64,000 bases of DNA from Candidatus Methanogaster sp. Its GTDB lineage: Archaea > Halobacteriota > Methanosarcinia > Methanosarcinales > Methanogasteraceae. The position numbers and the translations under genes are program-made. Below are positions 18,888 through 29,175 of this stretch, piece after piece (the stretch's first letter is position 1; each line of letters begins with the position of its first letter). The notes under the pieces are model-generated. The model was not told the origin of the DNA, did no database searches, and saw only the letters and a program-made list of their open reading frames with translations. The DNA is taken from assembly GCA_003194445.1 (NCBI GenBank), contig PQXF01000001.1, positions 140,014-204,013 on the forward strand, written 5' to 3'.

Positions 18888-19252
18888 CTTCAAGTAAATC
18901 CTCCTATCGGGTCTTGAGATGTGGTCGGGAAATGCCCCCACTCCCCCCACATCTCATGATGATAATAGTTATTGTGCTCATAGCATATAAACTTGACGGT
19001 CACAGACTCAAGAGTAGGTACTCCGGATGTGCGTAGAACAGCAAAAGTTTTATGAGTTGGTCATATAGTTATATAAGACAGGAGACGCGCGATGAAATTG
19101 ACATCGAACATCGGCCAATCGGCAGCAGTGACAAGACCGCCGAGCAGCGCGTATGTTCAATGTTGCAGCTTAATCGCTCTTGTAGGCCCCATGCGAACAT
19201 TCGGGAAAGGAGGCGTGAAACTTTGGGTGGGGGTGGGCGGTTTGAGGAGCGG

Positions 19253-20161
19253 ATGACAGAGAGGGTAAGCGCGGATACGAAAATAATTGCAGGGATTCCG
19301 GCGTATAATGAACAATATTCAGTTTGCGGCCTGATACACGCTACAATGGATTACGCAGATGATGTAATCGTTGTAGATGATGGAAGCACGGACAACACAT
19401 CAAAGCTTGCGAAACGAGCTGGCGCAGTCGTGGTGAGACACAAAATAAACCAGGGGAAGACTGCTGCGATCCAGACGATAATAGCTGAGGCGATAATGAG
19501 GGATGCGGATGTGCTTGTTTTACTGGATGCGGACGGACAGCACGACCCTGAGGAGATACCGTCACTTCTAAAACCGGTTTTGGAAGATGAATATGAGTTT
19601 GTGATGGGGTCAAGAAAGTTAAACGGATCGAAAAAGATTGGTAAGAGGCCGCTCATCCGGCCATTCGGTCAGTTTGTGTTAAAGATTGGTCTGGGCGCGA
19701 TAACCAAAAAGAAGTACACTGATCCGGAGTGTGGATTCAGGGTGCTTTCGAGACGTGCGATGGAGGTGATGGAATTTAAGGGCAGCGGGTTTTCAGTGGA
19801 AGCTGAGATGATACGTCTGGCAGAGGCGCATGGATTAAAGTCGATAGAAGTGCCTATGGCAGAGATCTATGTCGAGAATGGGTCAACACTGAATCCGTGG
19901 AGGCATGGATTTAGCAATTTGAAGAGGATCCTTGCATGGATCGCTGAGAAGAGACCGCTCTTCTTTTTCGGAGTTTTAGGGATGTGGTTTACAGTCATAG
20001 GGTTGATACTGGGTGCAAATGCCATATATATCGCCAATACCAGTGGGAATGTTGCTCTCGGGTCTGCACTTGCATCGGTGTTGTATATCGTTATCGGGGT
20101 GTTTAGTATGTTCACAGGACTGATATTAAGCGAGATTGAAAGAGGGAAGGGGCAACGATGA
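19253..20161 (+). CDS. GT2 glycosyltransferase, dolichyl-phosphate hexose synthase-like, with C-terminal TM helices
   Basis: AGIPAYNE...VVDDGSTDNT...LDADGQH (DxD) with two C-terminal TM helices. Start set at the ATG at 19253, behind a GAGGAG site. Confidence 0.8.
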   Translation: MTERVSADTKIIAGIPAYNEQYSVCGLIHATMDYADDVIVVDDGSTDNTSKLAKRAGAVVVRHKINQGKTAAIQTIIAEAIMRDADVLVLLDADGQHDPEEIPSLLKPVLEDEYEFVMGSRKLNGSKKIGKRPLIRPFGQFVLKIGLGAITKKKYTDPECGFRVLSRRAMEVMEFKGSGFSVEAEMIRLAEAHGLKSIEVPMAEIYVENGSTLNPWRHGFSNLKRILAWIAEKRPLFFFGVLGMWFTVIGLILGANAIYIANTSGNVALGSALASVLYIVIGVFSMFTGLILSEIERGKGQR

Positions 20162-20547
20162 AGCGAATTGCAATCATTTTGGGGACGAGACCGGAACTGA
20201 TTAAGATGTCGCCGGTGATCCGGGAATGTGAAAAGCAGGGTTTGGATTACTTTATCCTGCACACAGGGCAGCATTATTCATATAGTATGGACCGGGTCTT
20301 CTTTGAGCAACTCGGACTTCCTGAAGCTATGTATAATTTGGATGTTGGGTCGGGAAAGCACGGAGGACAGACCGCAAGGATGCTTGCCGGAATCGAGAAG
20401 ATTTTAATCGAAGAAGCTCCCGAAGTTGTCAGGGAGGAATGGGACACGAACACGGTTCTTATAAGGGCGCGGGGCTGGAATCATCCGTTTGGCGATGGTA
20501 GGGTCGGAGCGCGGATTGTGGAGATTCCCAAAGGAGGTATGACATGA
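20158..20547 (+). pseudogene. wecB: UDP-N-acetylglucosamine 2-epimerase (WecB-type) remnant with a large internal in-frame deletion
   Basis: The N-terminal ~95 aa (MKRIAIILGTRPELIKMSPV...HTGQHYSYSMD...DTNTVL) is joined directly to the extreme C-terminus (NHPFGDGRVGARIVEI). It is 129 aa versus about 350-370 aa for the family. Confidence 0.7.
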
Positions 20548-21686
20548 AAATACTGATGACCTCGGTTGTGGACCTGAAGAAATCGCAGCACAATAGGCCA
20601 CACCAATTTGCCAGATATCTATCCGAAGATCACGAGGTCACAATCCTTAGCATAAATGACTGGTGGAAGGGGAGGCAAGACGATCTGGAAGGCTACAGCA
20701 GTGGCTTTGATGATCTCTTTGAAGGGATTGAAATTCTTTATCTCACCGAAAAGAAGGTAAATCCGGTCTTGCAGGAACTGTTCTCTGCGAAGAGGGTAAA
20801 AGAAGTTCTAAAGAGAGATTTTGATGTTCATCTGAACTACAACACGCTGATGTCCGGATATTTCGTTTCCAAACGGATAAAAACCGTCTATGATCTGGCA
20901 GATGATCTGGGTGCGATGATACGGGCATCCCCTCAGATACCAGGATTGCTGAGACCTTTCGGCGGAGTTATAGGGAATTTTATGATGGATGTAAATATCA
21001 AGAGGTCGGAACGGGTGACAGTAACAACCGATGTACTGATGCGCTCATACAACATCCCCGGTGCCCGATGTGAAGTTATTCCGAATGGAGTAGATACAAC
21101 ACTTTTCAGAGATCGCAACGATACAAAGGAGGAACTCGGTCTTGGCGGGTTTGTCATCGGTTATGTTGGTGTTCTCAGGGAATGGGTCGACCTGAAACCC
21201 GTTTTTCTTGCTTTGAAGGATCTGGATCCTGAAATAACAATGTTAGTGGTTGGAAAAGAAGGGACATTCGAAGAGAATGTGAATCTGGCTAAAAGGTGCG
21301 GTGTACAGGCGCGAGTTGTATTCACAGGGATGGTGCCATATATGGAAGTTCCAAAGTACATCTCTGCAATGGATATCTGCCTTATTCCTTTCGCGCGGGG
21401 CGCCATCTCAGAAAACTCCCTTCCTTTAAAGTTATTTGAGTATATGGCGTGCGAGAAGCCTGTGATCGCAACCGAATTAGCAGGAGTTAAAGGGGTTGCT
21501 GGCGATGGCGTGATGTATGCAAATGATGCAAAAGGTTACGAGAATCGAATATCAGAACTATATGGCAATGATGAACTGAGGCGCGATATTGGCAGAGCAG
21601 GAAGGCGGCTTGTCGAATCAGGCTATGATTGGAGAAGGATTGTTAAGAGAATGGAGGGAGTGTTAGTAGAAACGGCTGCAATGTGA
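20544..21686 (+). CDS. GT4 (group 1) glycosyltransferase
   Basis: C-terminal GT-B motif ..VFTGMVPY.EVPKYISAMDICLIP......ENSLPLKLFEYMACEKPVIATELAGV. ATGA overlap with the upstream gene. Confidence 0.8.
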   Translation: MKILMTSVVDLKKSQHNRPHQFARYLSEDHEVTILSINDWWKGRQDDLEGYSSGFDDLFEGIEILYLTEKKVNPVLQELFSAKRVKEVLKRDFDVHLNYNTLMSGYFVSKRIKTVYDLADDLGAMIRASPQIPGLLRPFGGVIGNFMMDVNIKRSERVTVTTDVLMRSYNIPGARCEVIPNGVDTTLFRDRNDTKEELGLGGFVIGYVGVLREWVDLKPVFLALKDLDPEITMLVVGKEGTFEENVNLAKRCGVQARVVFTGMVPYMEVPKYISAMDICLIPFARGAISENSLPLKLFEYMACEKPVIATELAGVKGVAGDGVMYANDAKGYENRISELYGNDELRRDIGRAGRRLVESGYDWRRIVKRMEGVLVETAAM

Positions 21687-22837
21687 CAGATATTCCGATT
21701 AAAATGAGCAGAGAACACCTGGCAACGTGCGTTATTGCGTACCCTGTTAGTAAAGCGTTTGCCACCCCTTTATCAAATACGGAAAAAATATTGCGTTCAT
21801 TCTCAGATGTTCGCGTTATCACCGGAACTATAGAGGATGCCAGAGTCGAAACGGATCTGTCAGGTGTCCGAACTTATGGGGTGCAACACAAAACGACGAC
21901 GAACGTATTTGTCTGGATTTTACGGTATCTGCTATTAGAGGTAAGGATATCTTTGATCATGGCGAAGGTAGCGCAAAAAGCGGATGTGTGCATATTCTTT
22001 ATGGAAGGGGGCGCTTTATTGCCCGTCTTGATCGCAAAGGTGCTGGGTAAAAAGACCATACGGGTGGTGCCGTCTTCTATTTTAAAAGAGACTGCCAAAT
22101 CCCACAAAATAAAACGCGTCGCGCTCCTGCCGCTAATCTGTCTGCAAACCATCGCTTATGCACTGTCAGATATGATCGTGCTTTACTCCCCGGATCTGAT
22201 CAAAGAATGGGGCTTGGAAAAACACAAAAATAAAATTTGTATTGCACACGAGCATTTTTTAGACTTTGATACACTCAAGATAAGGAAGGAATATAAAAAG
22301 AGGGATAATTTTGTCGGCTACATCGGGCGTCTGGATGAAGAGAAAGGTGCATTGAATTTCGTTAGAGCAATTCCGGAAATAATGAAAGAAAAAGACGATT
22401 TGGAATTCATAATAGGGGGGGATGGGTGGTTACGAGATGAAATCGAAAAATACATAAGAAAAGAAAATTTAGGCGATAAAGTGAAACTTACAGGATGGAT
22501 CCCTCATGGCGAAATTCCGGATTACTTGAATACGTTGAAATTGGTTGTTTTGCCGTCATACACCGAAGGACTGCCAAATCTCATGCTCGAGGCGATGGCG
22601 TATGGCACGCCGGTTCTTGCAACACCGGTTGGCTCGATACAAGATGTGATAAAAGACGGTGAAACCGGATTTATTATGCAGGACAATTCTCCAGAGTGCA
22701 TTGCAGAAAATGTGGTGCGGGCACTCGATCACCCGGATATGGAGTGTGTTATGGGGCGTGCTGAGGCACTGGTTGCGCAGACGTTTACATATAAAGCTGC
22801 TACAGAGAGGTATAAGGAAATAATAGGGGACATTTAA
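21683..22837 (+). CDS. GT4 (group 1) glycosyltransferase
   Basis: FVGYIGRLDEEKG...VVLPSYTEGLPNLMLEAMAYGTPVLATPVGSIQDVIKDGETGF. Confidence 0.8.
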   Translation: MTDIPIKMSREHLATCVIAYPVSKAFATPLSNTEKILRSFSDVRVITGTIEDARVETDLSGVRTYGVQHKTTTNVFVWILRYLLLEVRISLIMAKVAQKADVCIFFMEGGALLPVLIAKVLGKKTIRVVPSSILKETAKSHKIKRVALLPLICLQTIAYALSDMIVLYSPDLIKEWGLEKHKNKICIAHEHFLDFDTLKIRKEYKKRDNFVGYIGRLDEEKGALNFVRAIPEIMKEKDDLEFIIGGDGWLRDEIEKYIRKENLGDKVKLTGWIPHGEIPDYLNTLKLVVLPSYTEGLPNLMLEAMAYGTPVLATPVGSIQDVIKDGETGFIMQDNSPECIAENVVRALDHPDMECVMGRAEALVAQTFTYKAATERYKEIIGDI

Positions 22838-22847
22838 GGGGTTAAAA

Positions 22848-24941
22848 ATGATATGGAGGTACGGGCGCAATGGCTGGTTCGTGTCTATGCTATCGGTACT
22901 TGTTCTGGTAGACATCGCTGTTCTTTTAAATATCCCGGTCTTAAGGCAAATTCTTGGATTCATCTTTCTCGCGATCTTACCAGGAGCATTGATCCTCCGA
23001 ATTCTAAACCCAGGTAAGTCAGAACTTGTAGAGGAGATTGTGCTATCGGTTGGACTCAGCATCTCATTCCTGATGTTCTTTGGGCTGGTGATGAACAATA
23101 TAGCTCTCAGTCTTGGCTACCTGACCCCGTTATCCACGACTTCATTGTTGGTTTTGTTCAATATAATATTAATTATATTTATTATTGTGGGACATGGATT
23201 AAACAAAGATGTGGCATTTTCAATATCTACACTCGATTTAAAGAGATCGGAAAAGACGTTTTTGATCGTTCCAGTTTTATTTCCAGCGTTAAGCATATTT
23301 GGAATGCACATAATGAATACAACAAATAATAACCTGCTCCTGCTACTTCTTTTGCTTTTAATTCCATGCTATGTTGCTTTCGTCTGCACCTTCAACCGGG
23401 AATTTCCAGAGAGGCTTTACCCGGTTGTCATAATCTTGATCGCCACATCACTTTTGCTTATTTTCATGTTGAGATCTCCGCATATCTGCGGACACGATGT
23501 ACATACGGAATATGGCATTTTCTTCCGGACAACTCTTCGGAATCTGCACTGGAGCGTACTGGGACACTCTATACTCGATGCTTGTTTGAGTATCTCGTTG
23601 CTGCCCACCATATTCCAAACCATTATGGGCGTGGATGCACACGAGTACCTCTTCAAAGGTGTTTATGTCGCAGTATGCTCTTTTAGCCCATTGGTAATAT
23701 ATATAATATCAAAGGAATATGTTAATAATTTATATGCGTTCATAGCTTCTTTCTTCTTCATATCACAATCGGCTTTTTTGGTGACGGCAGGAAGCCCGCG
23801 CACGAATGTTGCAATATTCTTCGTTGCTCTAACGGTCATGGTTTTCTTAAGTAGCAAAATCGATCCGATCAAGAAAAAAATCCTGTTGATTGTTTTTTTG
23901 TTTTCCACGGTTGTATCGCACTATTCAACCACATACATATTCTTCTTCATAATACTTCTCGCATGGCTCGGAGCAGAAACGCTTTCAAAGAGATGCGTCT
24001 TTGAGAAACTCCTGAGTTTGAAACTTGTGTTGATATTCTTTGTCTTTATCTTCCTCTGGTACGCTCAGGTGACAGAAGGTGCGTTTGATGCAGGAGTTAC
24101 TTTCATCGGGGATACAATTAGCAATTTAAACAACTTTTTTATAGAGGAATCCAGAACACCGGAATTAAAGCAATTATTCGGTCAAGGACTCGAATATCCG
24201 ATACTGAACAGAGTGAACCTTGCTATTACATGGAGTACGTTTATTTTTATCGGCATAGGCGTCTACACAATATTCAAAAGATCCGAAGAGATGGGAGCTG
24301 CATCCAATAAAAAAACAAAATGTAACGTGGAATATCTATTAATGACATTAATATGTGTTGGGCTGCTGACGGCAATGGTCGTGCTTCCTTACATCTCGCA
24401 GGGATATGGAATCTACAGGTTGTACCTACTGACGATGGTTATCTTATCCGTATGTTTTGTTTTAGGTGGCATAACAATATCGAAACATCTGAAATTACAA
24501 GCTTGTCTGACCATATTGTTGGTATTGATACCTTATTTCCTGTTTGCGACCGGTGCGGTGCAGCAGATGTGCGGCGCACCGGTTATATACACCCTAAACT
24601 CCGAAGGAAAAGGATATGCTGTGGAATATCTTCATGACCATGAAAGTTGTGCTGCAAAATGGATCGCGGAAAGTAAAGGGCGGGATTTTCAGATTAACAC
24701 TACCGATTGGCACGGTAAACGGAAGTTGATAAGCCAGGGAGGGATCCCTCCGGAGCAGATTGGCTACGATAGTTTCCTGGAGCATAAGCAGATTGATGAA
24801 TATATCTATCTAAGCTATAATAATGTGGTCAATGGCAAATTTGAAGAAAAGAACGAATGGTATAACATGAGTGAGTTTTCAGATGCTTTTATTGGAAAAA
24901 GCCAGATATATAATAATAGCGGTTCAGAGATATGGGAATAA
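22848..24941 (+). CDS. Large polytopic membrane protein, candidate glycan polymerase/oligosaccharyltransferase-like (DUF2206-like by recollection)
   Basis: 697 aa, more than 12 hydrophobic helices followed by a soluble C-terminal domain. Sits inside the glycosyltransferase operon. AT-rich. Confidence 0.6.
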   Translation: MIWRYGRNGWFVSMLSVLVLVDIAVLLNIPVLRQILGFIFLAILPGALILRILNPGKSELVEEIVLSVGLSISFLMFFGLVMNNIALSLGYLTPLSTTSLLVLFNIILIIFIIVGHGLNKDVAFSISTLDLKRSEKTFLIVPVLFPALSIFGMHIMNTTNNNLLLLLLLLLIPCYVAFVCTFNREFPERLYPVVIILIATSLLLIFMLRSPHICGHDVHTEYGIFFRTTLRNLHWSVLGHSILDACLSISLLPTIFQTIMGVDAHEYLFKGVYVAVCSFSPLVIYIISKEYVNNLYAFIASFFFISQSAFLVTAGSPRTNVAIFFVALTVMVFLSSKIDPIKKKILLIVFLFSTVVSHYSTTYIFFFIILLAWLGAETLSKRCVFEKLLSLKLVLIFFVFIFLWYAQVTEGAFDAGVTFIGDTISNLNNFFIEESRTPELKQLFGQGLEYPILNRVNLAITWSTFIFIGIGVYTIFKRSEEMGAASNKKTKCNVEYLLMTLICVGLLTAMVVLPYISQGYGIYRLYLLTMVILSVCFVLGGITISKHLKLQACLTILLVLIPYFLFATGAVQQMCGAPVIYTLNSEGKGYAVEYLHDHESCAAKWIAESKGRDFQINTTDWHGKRKLISQGGIPPEQIGYDSFLEHKQIDEYIYLSYNNVVNGKFEEKNEWYNMSEFSDAFIGKSQIYNNSGSEIWE

Positions 24942-26155
24942 AAATAAATATGTGCATGTTATTCGAACTCCGGTATGACCCAAGGATGCTGGTGGTACCG
25001 CAGATCGGGGTCGTAAGTTACATAACCAACTTTGGTCATGATGTTACATGGGTTCTGCCATCTGAGGGGGCAAAAGAAGTTCGGAAGGAGACTCTTGGGG
25101 GCGTATCTGTTTTTGCAGTTCCGTATAGGTCAGGAAAAGGTCTTTTGGATTATGTCAATAAAACGGTGTATGCTCTTCGAAGGGCGCGCTTCGTGTCCGG
25201 TCTTTTTAAGCAAGAGCAGTACAACATGGTATTTGCAGGGGATTGCATCTTCGATGCACTACTGGCACTCTATATAAAGCGAAGATACAGCGTTCCTTTT
25301 GTTCTTGAACTGGGAAATCCGGTCGAACAGGATGGGGAATTTCACAAAGTTTATCATTCGAATCACAAACATCTCTGGCAGCTCATATCAAAGATCAATG
25401 TTTATCTTCTCATGCACGCACTTCGTGACGCGGATCTGGTCCTTCCGATAAGTAAATGGTTAAAAGAGGATTTTATTAAGAAAGGGATAGGGGCATCAAA
25501 GATACTGCCGCTTCCGGAAGGTATGGATGCGGACAGGTTTTCGGATGCGGATGGTGACGCTATACGAAGACAGTATAATTTAGACGGTTCGGGTGTTGTC
25601 GTATACGTGGGAACGATGGATAAGATGAGACATCTGGATACGTTGATTCATGCGACTTCAGAGGTGAAGAATCGCGGGAGAAGGGTGAAGCTATTGATGG
25701 TTGGCGATGGCGATGACAAAACCGATCTCGAAAGACTTGCATGCGAACTTGGTATCGGTGATGACGTGGTGTTCACAGGGCAGGTCTATTCCGATGAAGT
25801 CCCGAATTTTATTGCTGCGGCAGATGTTGGGGTATCGCCGGTTCCGCCGTTTGATTTTTACAAGTTCAGTTCACCAATTAAACTATTTGAATATACGGCG
25901 GTCAGAAAACCGGTTGTGGCAAATAAGGAGATACCGGAACATGATGAAGTTATCCGGAAGAGCGGCTGTGGTGTTCTGGTGCAGTTTACTGGTGAATCGT
26001 TTGCGGAGGGGATAATTAAATTGTTGGATGATCCTGAAATGGCAGAGGAGATGGGCAAGAAAGGATATAAGTGGGGTGTTACTAACAGATCTTATGAAAC
26101 GACGGCTCGTGGGGTGGAGAAGAGGTGTCTTGGACTTTTGAAGGATAGTATTTAA
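24932..26155 (+). CDS. GT4 (group 1) glycosyltransferase
   Basis: VVYVGTMDKMRHLDTL...LLMVGDGDD...VFTGQV...ADVGVSP......SSPIKLFEYTAVRKPVVAN. Confidence 0.8.
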   Translation: MGIKINMCMLFELRYDPRMLVVPQIGVVSYITNFGHDVTWVLPSEGAKEVRKETLGGVSVFAVPYRSGKGLLDYVNKTVYALRRARFVSGLFKQEQYNMVFAGDCIFDALLALYIKRRYSVPFVLELGNPVEQDGEFHKVYHSNHKHLWQLISKINVYLLMHALRDADLVLPISKWLKEDFIKKGIGASKILPLPEGMDADRFSDADGDAIRRQYNLDGSGVVVYVGTMDKMRHLDTLIHATSEVKNRGRRVKLLMVGDGDDKTDLERLACELGIGDDVVFTGQVYSDEVPNFIAAADVGVSPVPPFDFYKFSSPIKLFEYTAVRKPVVANKEIPEHDEVIRKSGCGVLVQFTGESFAEGIIKLLDDPEMAEEMGKKGYKWGVTNRSYETTARGVEKRCLGLLKDSI

Positions 26156-26178
26156 TAAAAAGACACGGAGACAAATCT

Positions 26179-27690
26179 ATGAGGTCAACAGACGAGAAAC
26201 ATGGGGCGGCATCGAACATGGTTACTTTTTACCATGATATCGAGCAAGATATCGATAGTGAAGCAGATCCCGGGGAATGCCGGAAGGTTGTAAAGGAATT
26301 TTTAGAATTAGAAAAGCGATACGATGTTCCTGCAACTTACAATATTGTAGGGCGGATATTTCAAGAACAGCCCGTCCTCATAGAGTGTATCCTCCGGGAA
26401 GGCCAGGAAGTGGCTTTTCACTCTTATAACCACCAATCCGACTGGCAACCCCCCTACTACTCCGATGAAATTGATCTGTGCAGAAAAGCTTCCCCAATAC
26501 CCTGTGGATACCGCTCTCCAAGGTCACAATGGGATCGAAACACATTAAAAACGCTCTGGGAAAGAGGATTTCTATGGAACGCCGAGTGTGATACACATAA
26601 AGAACCTTACTTCATCCATAACGGGTTGGTACGTTTGCCCATAGCTACCGACGACTGGCTCCTTCATACCAGGGACATGGATGTCGATGAGTGGGTCAAA
26701 CAATTCCCAGTGCTACTGAAGAGCAGACCTTACTTTGGTTTTGGTTCTCATGACTATATAATCAGTTTTGCGCCCAAAGATCGGCTTAAAGCGTGGGAAC
26801 GAGTGTTACAGATGGCGGTTGAAAACGAAGTACTCATGGTCACATTCTCTGAAGCAGCAGATCTATTTAGACGCGCGAAAGTTTCGCGATATTACAGTAG
26901 CACTGCAAAGGATTGGAATCGCGGTACAAAAACGCTTTACCGGACAAAGCGCTTTCAGGAACTGATTAGAGGTGAAGCCGAGAGACTGAACCAGCCGATT
27001 GTCGTTGATCTGGGTTCTGCCGGAGGGGCACTCTCGTTGCCACTACAAGATATTGCAAAGAAAATTTACTTGATAGACAATGCACCCGGTATGGTCGGAG
27101 AGGTCAGTTCAAACGGCCGCATCCGGGCGTGTCAGGGCGATGTCACGGAGTCCAACCTACCTGACAGGATATGCGATTTCGTGATCTGTGCCCGCATAAT
27201 CGAATACCTGTTCTGGCCAGATCGCCTTGCTGATGAGATCAAGCGAATCGGCAGGATCGGAGCTACCTATCTCGTAACCTTTCCAGCTTTTCGTGAAACT
27301 CTCCCGCCCCATGCGGGACCTGCGCCCGACAGGATAAGGCGATATTTCACGCCCGATGAGATCCGAAAGTGGGCAGACCGGATCGGTCCGGGCAGTCTCA
27401 TCGGCATCCAGTATGAGGTGGCAGAACCTGACAGCCCCGAAACAGAAGAACGCTACCGGGCAATCGAGAAGGATCAACCACCGAATGCATATCCGACGAA
27501 CTGGGTGTATATCGGGAGTATCGAGAACGATTCTACAACAAAACGCCATAAAAAGATTATTCCAGTGTCGGCTTTCGATTTCCGTTTTCCAAGCGATCGC
27601 TACGAACGTATCCGGACGTGTATGGATTTAGTGAAAAGACACTTTCCGAAACCGATCCTGCGACTTGGGAAGTGGGTTAAGGGCATATAA
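26179..27690 (+). CDS. Fusion protein: polysaccharide deacetylase (NodB-type) plus class I SAM methyltransferase
   Basis: The N-terminal half has NodB-like motifs (TFYHD, HSYNH, YRSPRS). The C-terminal half has MTase motif I (VVDLGSAGGALSLPL...IYLIDNAPGM). Confidence 0.65.
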   Translation: MRSTDEKHGAASNMVTFYHDIEQDIDSEADPGECRKVVKEFLELEKRYDVPATYNIVGRIFQEQPVLIECILREGQEVAFHSYNHQSDWQPPYYSDEIDLCRKASPIPCGYRSPRSQWDRNTLKTLWERGFLWNAECDTHKEPYFIHNGLVRLPIATDDWLLHTRDMDVDEWVKQFPVLLKSRPYFGFGSHDYIISFAPKDRLKAWERVLQMAVENEVLMVTFSEAADLFRRAKVSRYYSSTAKDWNRGTKTLYRTKRFQELIRGEAERLNQPIVVDLGSAGGALSLPLQDIAKKIYLIDNAPGMVGEVSSNGRIRACQGDVTESNLPDRICDFVICARIIEYLFWPDRLADEIKRIGRIGATYLVTFPAFRETLPPHAGPAPDRIRRYFTPDEIRKWADRIGPGSLIGIQYEVAEPDSPETEERYRAIEKDQPPNAYPTNWVYIGSIENDSTTKRHKKIIPVSAFDFRFPSDRYERIRTCMDLVKRHFPKPILRLGKWVKGI

Positions 27691-27719
27691 ATGGAATTAT
27701 GCAGTTTCAGAGATCAAAT

Positions 27720-29144
27720 TTATCTTCCCAATATCTGCTTAAACAATTGCAGATCGTCATCCGAAAATGCTCTCGTTAGATATAACACAAAACAATAGAG
27801 ACTTGCTGCTAAAATAATCACTAAAATTAAATTAAACTCCATGAATTGATAGATAACAACCCCCATAATCAGACTGGCGATCGAGGGTTTTATCAGTATC
27901 TTGCCTACCTGAAGTTTATAAAAGCTTTTTGAGATGATGCTGAAGAACAAGGCGATGAGAAGCGTTTCCGTTATTATCGTTGCTATCGCTGCCCCGACGT
28001 AACTGAAAGGTGGGATCAAAACCAAATTTAATATAATATTTACCAATGCGGCACAGCCTGCAATAGCAGCCATCCGGTTCTGTTTAGTAAGCGAGACCAG
28101 TACAAATGCCATGCAGAAGTATGAAAAAAATAACAGGACATCCCACGACAATATCTGAAGCGCAAGTATCGAAGGATGAAATTGTTGACCGTAAAAAAGA
28201 AGAATAAACCGATCTGCAAGCAGTGTCATCAGAACAACAATCGGCAACCCCAGGATAAATAGATACTTAAACGACTTTTCATAGACTGTTTTCAACGAAT
28301 CCGTAGAAGATGTGTAATAACCAGCCATTAATGGAAAAAGAGCATTCATGAATAGGTGTGGAATTGGTTTGAAACCTAAAACCAGATTATACGCGGCATT
28401 ATACCAGCCGACGACCGCATCTCCCTTCATCATCGAGAGCATTACGGTATCCATGCTTGTATATATCAAACCAAAGATTGATAACATGCCGATCGGCAGT
28501 GCAACCTTCATCGTACTCTTCCAAAACCCAAAATCCGGCTCCATCTTCGGCTTCACAAACCTCCTCGTGCATACAACAAAGCAAAATAATAAATCAAGAA
28601 TACTTGATAGTATAAAGACCAGTGCAAGTTCTATCAATCCATAACCCATGAACAGAACCAATAATCCCAGAGAGAGTCGTATCATGGCTGCGAAAATCGT
28701 GATACTTGCTTCATATTCCATCTTTTCAAAGACGCGGAAGGTCACTTTAAAGACATCAGAAAAAGACAGGATAAGCAGGTAAACGCCGAAAAGATATACG
28801 ACGTTCTTTGTGTCTGCCGGATAACCCAGCACATTAACTGCTATCACGATTGAAGTGAAGATTACAGGGAACAAAAATGCACGCATGAGCAGGACATTAC
28901 TCAGATACTTGCTTGCCTGTGATTTGTCTCTTGCAACGTCCCTGATCAGCAGCGTATTATACCCTAAATCCGAGAAGACGGCAAAGATCGACGTAAAAGC
29001 AAGCGCAAAGGAATATTTGCCGAAGATAACGTCCCCTGAACTCCGGGCGATGACGATGGCTAATGCAAGCGATAATATCGCGACTGCGAATTGGGCCGCG
29101 AATAGTGCTGCGGTGTTCTTAACTATCTTCTGTACGGTATTCAT
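27720..29144 (-). CDS. Wzx-like polysaccharide flippase (MOP superfamily)
   Basis: 474 aa, about 12-14 TM helices. The N-terminus (KNTAALFAAQFAVAILSLALAIVIARSSGDVIFGKYSFALAF) is typical of polysaccharide biosynthesis proteins. Confidence 0.75.
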   Translation of the reverse strand: MNTVQKIVKNTAALFAAQFAVAILSLALAIVIARSSGDVIFGKYSFALAFTSIFAVFSDLGYNTLLIRDVARDKSQASKYLSNVLLMRAFLFPVIFTSIVIAVNVLGYPADTKNVVYLFGVYLLILSFSDVFKVTFRVFEKMEYEASITIFAAMIRLSLGLLVLFMGYGLIELALVFILSSILDLLFCFVVCTRRFVKPKMEPDFGFWKSTMKVALPIGMLSIFGLIYTSMDTVMLSMMKGDAVVGWYNAAYNLVLGFKPIPHLFMNALFPLMAGYYTSSTDSLKTVYEKSFKYLFILGLPIVVLMTLLADRFILLFYGQQFHPSILALQILSWDVLLFFSYFCMAFVLVSLTKQNRMAAIAGCAALVNIILNLVLIPPFSYVGAAIATIITETLLIALFFSIISKSFYKLQVGKILIKPSIASLIMGVVIYQFMEFNLILVIILAASLYCFVLYLTRAFSDDDLQLFKQILGR

Positions 29145-29175
29145 CTACTCTTATCCGCGATAACCTCGAAATATT

